A DNA stretch of 44,301 nucleotides from Trichomonas gallinae (taxonomy: Eukaryota): positions 1 through 44,301 of the forward strand of contig MRSU01004364.1 in assembly GCA_008369845.1 (NCBI GenBank), given 5' to 3'. Both the position numbers and the translations under genes were made by a program. The notes beneath the pieces are model-generated. The model had not been told where the DNA came from and did no database searches. It saw only the letters and a program-made list of their open reading frames with translations. Position 1 is the stretch's first letter, and each line of letters starts with the position of its first letter. Of this stretch, positions 20,701 to 29,700 are shown one piece after another.

Positions 20701-23700
20701 CATGTTTTTGTTGTATGTCGACGATCGATTTTTGTTCTCCTTCTTCAGACGAATTCTTCGGTTCATTTTCTTCTTTGTTAACTTCTGGTTCATGATTTAA
20801 TTCTTTTTCATCCTCAACACGTATGACAGCTGGTTCAGGTTGATCATTCTTATCTTCAATTGATGATTTCTCTTCATCATTGTTTTCATCTCCTAACTCT
20901 TGCTGTGGAGTTTCCTCATCTTCTTTTTTGTTTGTTTTACATGGAAAAACAACAAGTTCTTTCCTTTGTTCTTCTTCATTCGGTTGGATATCTTCATTTT
21001 CATCTTTTTCCGATTTGGATTGAGAAGATACAATAGCTGCTTCGAGATTTTCATTCGTTTCTTCTTCTTTTGATTGGATCTTTTCTTTAGTTTGCTGTTT
21101 GTTCTCTTCTTTAGTTTCATTTATTACTTTTTTCTCATTTTGAGTTGTGTCATTATCTTCAACTGGTTTTGATTGAGCATCTTCTTTCTTTTCTTCCTCT
21201 TTTATATTTTGTTTGTTATCTTGATCATTAAGAGTTGGTTTCTCATTTGATTCTTGAAGTGCAGATGGCGAATGTTCTTCATGTTCTTCTTTCTTTGGCT
21301 GTGCATCTTCATTTAACTGATTATTGTCTTCAGCAGGTATGGGTTCATTCTTATCATCTGATTTGTTTTTAGTTAAATCTGGTTTCGAAGTTCCCGCAAT
21401 AACTGGAATAGTGTCTTTCTTATCTTCTACTTCAGATGGTTGTTTTTCTTCTTTAGTATCTTCTTCTTCATTTGAGTTGTGATCTTCAGTTGGCTTTTGT
21501 TGCTCTGATGATATAAAATCTGGATTTTCGTGATTTTCTTTAATTGGTAGTTTCACTTCTTCTTCATGCTGTTTGTCTTTTTCAACCAATTCATGTTGGA
21601 CTTGATCAGAAGTTTGTTCTTCTTCACTTGGTTTTTGTTGTTCATCAGTTGGTAATGATTTAGGTTTTGTAACCACATATAATGATTCTTCCTGTTCTTC
21701 TTTTTCATTTTCATTTAATTTATTTCCTTCATTTTGATTCTCTTCTTCTGATTGTTGCTGGTGTTGTGCTTTGGAAATAAGAGAATCTCCCTTATTTTCA
21801 TCAACAATTTGAGAATCTTTCTTAACTTCTTTTTCTTCATTGGATTTATTTTCGACTTTGTTATCCGAGTCTTTTTGAGGTTTTGGAGAAACAATAATAG
21901 CTTCTTTCCTTTCTTCTTCCTCCTCAGGACTTGATTTGAATGCATCATTCTTATCCTTCTCTTCGTGTAGTTTTGATATAATAGTTTCATTACTTGGCTT
22001 TGATTCATTGTTATTTTCTGTTTCTTCTTTTTGCTGTTCTTGTGGAATATCTTCTTTATCTTTTTCTTCATTGAAAGGTTTCGGTTGTGTTTCATCAACA
22101 TTAGCTGATTCTTCAGATTGTGCTTGAGAAATTGTGATAATATTTGCTTTTTCTTCTTCTTCATTATTTTGATGAATTTCTTCTGATTTGTCATCTTTTT
22201 CATTTGATTTTTCTGGGTGTTGTTCAATTGTTCTAGAATAATTATCTGATTTGGGTTCAAAAACAGATTTGCTTTCTTCTTGATTTGGTTGATCAATTTT
22301 CTTTTCATCATCGTTCTTATCCTCTTCTACTTGCTGATTTTTGTCTCTATCTTCATCATGCTTAATATCAGTTTGAATTTCATGTTCTTTCTGCTCATGT
22401 CCTGCTTCATTTGTTTGATCATCTACTGGTAATTTCTTTAATTCATCATCAGAGTTATTTACTGCATTGCTTGTCTTGATATCTTCATTTCTATCAATGC
22501 TTTCATTTTGTACAGACTGACTTGCTTTATCTTCATTATTAGTATCATCTTTCTTCTCATTGTCATCTCCTTTTTCATTATGAATAACAAGTTCATTCAA
22601 TTCTTCTTCATGAATTGCTGACATATTTGTACTTTCATCATCAGGTTCTATTTCTTCTTTATTAGCATTTGGTTCAGTTTTAGTATCAGCTGGAGAGATT
22701 GATTGATTTTCACTTGTTTTTACCTTTTCTATAAAATTGTTTGGTTCCATTTCTTTAGCATTAGCATTATCTTGCTTCATTTCTTTATTTGAAGTCTCTG
22801 ATTCTTCTTTTGCTTCTGGCTTATCTTCTTCATTCTTCTGTTCAAATGATTTTGTTGAAGGAATAGCAACATTGTTAGATTTTTCAGATAATTTGCTTTT
22901 ATCGTCTGATAATTTATGCTCATTATCTTCTTTCTGATCTTCTTCTTCATTTTGCTGCAACTGTTTATCCTGGACATCTATATGCTCTGTATTTTCTTGC
23001 ATTTTATTATTCTCTGTCTCAGCTGGGACAACTGTAGGTGAACTTTCCAATTGCTGTTCTTTGCTATTTTCTGTATCTTGCTTGATCTCATTCGCTGGTG
23101 AAATTGAATCTTCTTTAATTTCTTCAATTTTTGATTTTGCTTCAGATTTGGCATTCTCATTTTCCTTTTGTGGAATAGCTTCCATATTACTTGCATCATT
23201 TTGCAATGCGTCATCTTTATCTGTTTCATTTTGTTTCGAAGAAGCAAATTCCTCTGGATTCCGAGTCTCCTTATTTTTCTCTTTTTGATCATCATCTTGT
23301 GAAGGATTTTCCTTTTGGTCAGGAACATTATGATCAGCTTTTTGTTGATTGTCTTCTTGTTTAGTCTCATCTATTTTATCAAATTGTTTGTCAGCATTTT
23401 CTTCATTATTTTCTTGTGGTCCAGGTAGGATCTTTTCTTTTTCAGCTTTTGGAACTGCATCATGTTTCGAATGTAATTCATTATCTTGTTCAAATGGATT
23501 AGCGTTTTTCTTATCCTCATCTTTCTGTTGTAATTGATCTTCAGAATGATATTCTTTTGGTTTATCATTTTTCTCAGACTCTTGATTGATATCGTTCTTT
23601 TCAAGTTCCTTTTCAATATCTGTTGATTTTGGTTCATTTTCAGCAGAACATTTTGCATGTTTATCATCATTTATTTGATCATCTTTAGTTGACTGAGATT

Positions 23701-26700
23701 TAACATTGTTCTCTTGTGTCACTGTTTTTTCTTCGGGAATCTGTTCTTGTTTTTCAATATTTTCTGTTTCTGGAACAAGCTTTTCATCAGTGGATTCTTT
23801 TTGTGATTCATGGTTCTCTGTTGGCGATTTTTCTTCTTTCGCTGGATCAGAAACAGGAACATCTTTCAAATCTGATTTTGATTCGTTATTTTCATTTTCT
23901 TCTTTATTACTTTCATCAGTCTGTTTTTCATTTTCTTTCGCAGTATCATCAGTTTTAGATGAAGCATTTTTGTCTTTAATTTCATTATTTTCAGGTTCAT
24001 TCTTCTGTGGCATCGAATCTGCAGTTTTCTTATCATCAGGATTTTCTGAAGCATCTGTTTTACCTTCCTGAATATCATTTGAATCAAGTTGTTCCTTATT
24101 ATTTGCTTTTTCTTCTGGTTTATCATTCTGTTTATTTTCGCCAGATTCATTTTGGTTTTCTATAGACAATTTAGATTCGGAATCAGGATGCTTTTCAATA
24201 CTTTTATTAATGATGATTGGTGCAAAAACTGTGGTATTTTTATCTTGAACTTTTTCTTTCATGTCATTATCTATGTTAGTATTGTCATTGCTTTGAACGC
24301 TGTTTGGATTTTCTCGATTTTGTTGAATTTCATCTGATTGTTCAGCTTGAGATTCGATGATTCCTTTCTTATCAGTTTGATGCAAGTTATCTGCTTTTGG
24401 TGCTTCACTAATTTGCTGCTTCTCTTCCTCTATCTGTTGCTTGTCCAATGATTTTTCATTTTCTTGGGTTGCTTCTGGTTTAGTTTCCTTTCCAGTAGGA
24501 GAATCCTTGGATTCATTATTTGAATTTGAAGATTTGGATTTTTGGATCAGTTCTTTTTCTTTATCTTCAGTATTTTGTAGTTGGTCTGCTTTTTCAGATT
24601 GTTTTCCAAAATTATTATTATTCACATTTTCAGAATGATTTTCATCTGTTTCTGATTTCTGAATAATTAATGGAGCAACAACATTAGTTTTATGGTTTTC
24701 TTTTGAGTCATCTTCATGTTCGTTCGATTTTGCGTCGGATTTATCATGAACTTCTATATTGGCATTCTGATCATTTTCATCTTGCGTTGAATCATGTAAT
24801 TTTTGAGGAGTCTTTTCATCAGAATCATTTTTGTTATCTTTTTCAGAATTGTGACGATCAATTTCAACATTTTTTAGATCTTTATTGACTTCTTTGGTCA
24901 AATTTTCAGGTTGATTTGGAGATGATTCAGAATCTTTGCTGTTTTGTTTAGTCTGTTCTTGATGTGATTTATTGATATTAGATTTTTCTTCCTGTGATTT
25001 TTCAGGATGAATTGTCTCACTTATATCTTTATCCTGGATGTTTTGTGAATTTATATTTGGTTTGCTTGTTGTATTAGTTACAACACTTGGAGCAAGGATA
25101 TCAGTTGAAGTTTTATCTTTTTCTTTCTCCTTTTCCGATTCATTAATTTCTTTCTTAGAATCTGATTTGTTTTGATTATCACTATCGGGGTTATTCGAGG
25201 ACTCAATTGGCTTTATTGATGACATTAAAGCTCCTTTGAGAGAAAAAGATTCTTTGCCATCTTTATCTTTTTGCTCATCCTTATATTTTTCTATACTATC
25301 GAAAGGAAGCTTCATTTGTGCTGGTTCTTCGTAAACATGTTTAGTATCTTTCTCAGCAATTTCTTTCTTTTGAGGATTTTGAAGTTGTAGCGGATCTTCA
25401 TATTTATCTTTTGATTTAAGTTCATCCGATTCAGTTTTCTCTGGGAATTTAAATTGTGCCGGTACTTCGTAAACAACTTTTGGCTTTGATTCTTTTTGTT
25501 CCGGAAATTCATCAATTTTCCTTTCTTCGGCTTCATTTTGTTGAGGAATCTTGATTTGAGCTGGTTCTTCATATGTAACTTTATTGGATTCATTTTCTTG
25601 CTTGTCAGTACCTTCCTTTGCAGGTTTAACCAGTTTGTCAGCAATTGCAGTATTCAAAACAGAGCCAATAGATAAATCTTGTGGTTGATATTCTTTTTGA
25701 TTATCATTTGTTTTTTCAGCTGATGTAGTAGATTTCATTTTATTCTCTGATTTTTGCTGCTCATCTTTTTTAATTGGCTTATCAATGTTTGTTGCATGTT
25801 TATCTTTATCATCTTGTTGAGGTAACTTAGCTTTAGACTTTGATTGATTCTCATCATTATTGGGTTGAAGTTTTTCAGTGTTTTTATTTTCTTGATTATG
25901 CACTTTTTGTTCTTGATTTTTGACCGGTTGATCAACATAAATTTTAGCTTCATCAACATTCTTTGGTTCAGTTTTAATGATGTCTTTCTTATTGTCAACA
26001 GAAACTTTGTTTGTCTCAGAATCATTCAATTTATTTTCTTTCTTAGTTTCTCCATCAATCACTTTCTCGTTCTTAGAAACATCATCTGAACAATCGACTT
26101 TCAATTTAGAACTAGCAGTATCTGAAGTTGGTGGTAAAAGAGAAACAGTAGATTCATGTATCTCAATTCGTTCTTGCTTATTCCCATTCTTGATATTTTC
26201 TTTTTGATCAAAGTCTTTGATGTCAGAGTTTGTTTCATGCTCATTTCCTTTTGTAGCAATTTTGTCTTGGTTTGTTGATGGTTCCAAATCATGATCTTGA
26301 GATTCATCAAGATTTTTCTCTAATTCAATAGTTTCAACTTGATTATCATCATTAACTTCATTTTCATCATTTGTAGGTTTCTCTTTTTGAGATACAGCAG
26401 TTTCTTGTTTCTCATGAGCTGTATCGAGAGGTTTGCTAGATTCATCAATAGATTTTGGAACTTTTGATTCAATTTTTTCAGCATTTGCATTGTTTTGTTG
26501 TTTTTCTTGATTTTGTTGGGGATTTATTTGAAGAGATGCTTTTGCAGATTCTTTGTTATCTTGTGGAGCTTTATTAGATTCATTTTTCTTTGAAGTTGTA
26601 GCTTGTGATTTGCTAGATTCTTCAGATATATCAAGTTTAGTCTTTTCATTAGATTGAGGAATTTCTTTAGATTCAACTTTTTCAAAATTTGTAATGCTTT

Positions 26701-29700
26701 GCTCTTTGGATTCTTGATTTTGCTGGGAATCTGTTTGTGGAGATACTTTTTCATCACTTGGAATAGAAGTGGTGGTAACAATAGAAACATCTTTTGCCGT
26801 TTCTTTGTTATCATGTAGAATTGTATCAGATTCATGTTTCTTTGAAGTTTTAGTTTGTGATTCACTAGAATTCTCTTCGAGATTCTTAGGATTTTCATTG
26901 GATTGAGAAGATTCTTGTGTATCAGATTTATCATCATTTATGTTGCTTTGCTCTTTGTATTTATCTTGATTTTGCTTGGAGTTTGTATGTGGAGTCGTGT
27001 TTTCTTCAGTTGGAATAGTAACAGGAGCAACAGTAGAAATATCTTTTGAAGTTTCTTTGCTATCTTGTGGTGCTTCATCGGTGGATTTACTTGATCTTCT
27101 ACGGTTCATTTCGGTAGACTTTTGATTTATTTCGTCATTATTCTGATTTGGAATCCTAGATTTATGTTTTCTTTCAACGCTGCTTGGAATGATTTTGAGT
27201 GGGCTTTCTTCCTCATGTTTATCTTCAGGTTTTTGAGGTTCTTCTTTAGTATCTTTATTTGATTCAGAGTTTTCATTTGATTGGTCATCTTCTATTTCTG
27301 GTTTTGGAATTTCTTTTTGTTCAAGATTTGATTTATCTATTGTAATTTGTTTTTCTGCTTTTTGGGCTGAATGCTTTGCATTGTTTGATCTTGTGATTCT
27401 CTTCTTCTTTTCAACAGAATTTATTTGTTCAGAACTGTTTTGATCTTCTTCATTATCAGCTGCACTCGATTTTCTTGTTCTCTTTCCAGATGTTTTTGCG
27501 ACTTTTTCTTTAGGAATTTCAGTGACGAAATCTTTTTGATCAAGTGTTATTGTAGGAGTAACTTCAATTGGAACAACTGGTGATTCGAATGTAAATTTAG
27601 TTTCTGGTTTTACCGGTGTTGAACCTTCAATATAAATTGATGAATTTTCTATCGTGAATTTCTTTGGAGTTGATGCTGGCTTTAATTCATTGTGTTGATG
27701 ATCTTCTTGTATTTTGTTTGAATTCTTATCATCATTCTTGTTTGAATTCTTGTCATCATTAGATATTTGATTTTTGAGTTCTTTTGTTTTTTCTACTTTG
27801 GCTTTTACCTCCTGTTGGCTTTTAGGTTTATCTAATTTGTTTGAATCAGTTTTGGAGTCATATTGGTGTTGATTATCAAGTGGTTTATTTGTTTTTTCGT
27901 GATTTGATCGATTATCAGATTTAACATAATTATTTTGCTGTTTAGAATCATCTTCATTTTTCTTCTTCATTGGTTGTGATTTTTCTGGTTTAATCTGTTC
28001 ATAAGATTTGTTTGTTTTTTTATCATCAGAGATAACAACTAATTGTAATTTGCTTGATGATTTGTTATCCTTCTTATCAGGTTTGATATCATGAGCAGAT
28101 GTATCTTTTGATTTAGGTACATCCGATTTATTATCATTATTAGTTTGCTTGTCGTTTTGATTTATTTTGTTTGATGATTTTATATCCGATTTATCATCAT
28201 TTTTAATTTGCTTATCAGCTTGATTTATTTTATTTTCTGGTTTTTCGTATGATTTGGATGTACTTTGTATTTCATTGATATTGTCTGTTTGTTTATCATC
28301 TGATTTGATTGGTAAATTATTTTTAATTATTTCAGATAATTTAGGAAGATCTTTCTCTTTGATTGGTTCTAGTTGTTTCTTTTCATCCTTTATCAAAGAT
28401 TGATTTGGGATTCCATTATTTAATTTTTTCTGAATTTGTTGTTGCTTAACATCTTTATGAGAAGATTTATTTTTAATTTTATGATTCATTGGATCTGACT
28501 GCTCCTTTTCTTCATTATTTGAAGATTTATTGCTGTGTTGAACATCATTGATTGATTGTTGTTTAGGAATTTCTTTAGTTTCATGATTTGAGTCTTTGTT
28601 ATCAATATCTTGAATCGAATCATTTTGTTCATCTTTATGTCTCCTTGGCGACTGCATGTCTGTTGTTTGCGGAGTTTGAAAGGGCTCTTGTTGCTTTTTG
28701 ATTTCAGGTGATGGATAAACTTGTTTGGGTAATGAAATTGCTCCTTTTGTATAAACTCTCTGTGACATTGGAGAGTCAAATATTGGTTTGTCAGAAAGAT
28801 TAAGAAGCGGAACCTCACATTTTTTCATAGAAGATGGAATTGAAACTTTTCCAGCTTCAAGAGTCTCAAAATTGAAGTTAACTTGCTTTGGTTCTGTTGT
28901 TGATTCTGGATTAAAAGAAGGCACTGAGTCTTCTGAGTTTCCATCATCGAGTTTCACGATTTTGCTTGAGATTTCTTTTGGTGTTTCAATTTTTTTCATT
29001 GGATTCCTTTTGGTGTTGATTTCTGGTGTTCCAACATATGATGACTCTTGCATTGAATTATTTTCAGCGAGTTTTGGGTCTTTTGTATCATTTTCGTTTT
29101 GCCCTTTTGGGTTTTCATGCTTGCTTGATGAATGAATTCGATCAGATGAAAGTTCTTCGAGTGTTTTACCATGTAGTGTTGACAAATGCTTCTTGACTTG
29201 TTCTATTGATTCATTATCATCAATTTGCGGACTTTGAATCGGTTTTTTAGTCGTTTTTCTTTGAACTCCTTTTGGATATTGATAAGAACTATAAGAATTT
29301 TCATCATTATCGTCATGTTTTTGTGATTTTGAATTTTCTTTTTGCGAACTTAAAATATTTGAATCAGTTGAAGCAACACTCTCAAGGAGATTGTCTATTG
29401 TATCTTTTGACATTAATATATCTGATAGTTTAATTGTATTGTTTGATTTTATTGGTTTAATTTTTCTTTGCGATTTATTAGACTTCTTAGCTGGTTTTAT
29501 TGAATCTGATTTTTGCTCTTCTTCTATTTCATTCGCGAGTTTGATAATTTCATCATCTAGTATGCTGTCATCTGGTGTCTTAATGACTTCGATTGGATCA
29601 ATATGATCAATTTCTTTTCTTGTTTCAGAAGTTTTTCTTGGCTTCGAATATTTACCATTTTCTTCATTAGCTGTTGATTTTGAGAAATCAGATTGTGTTG

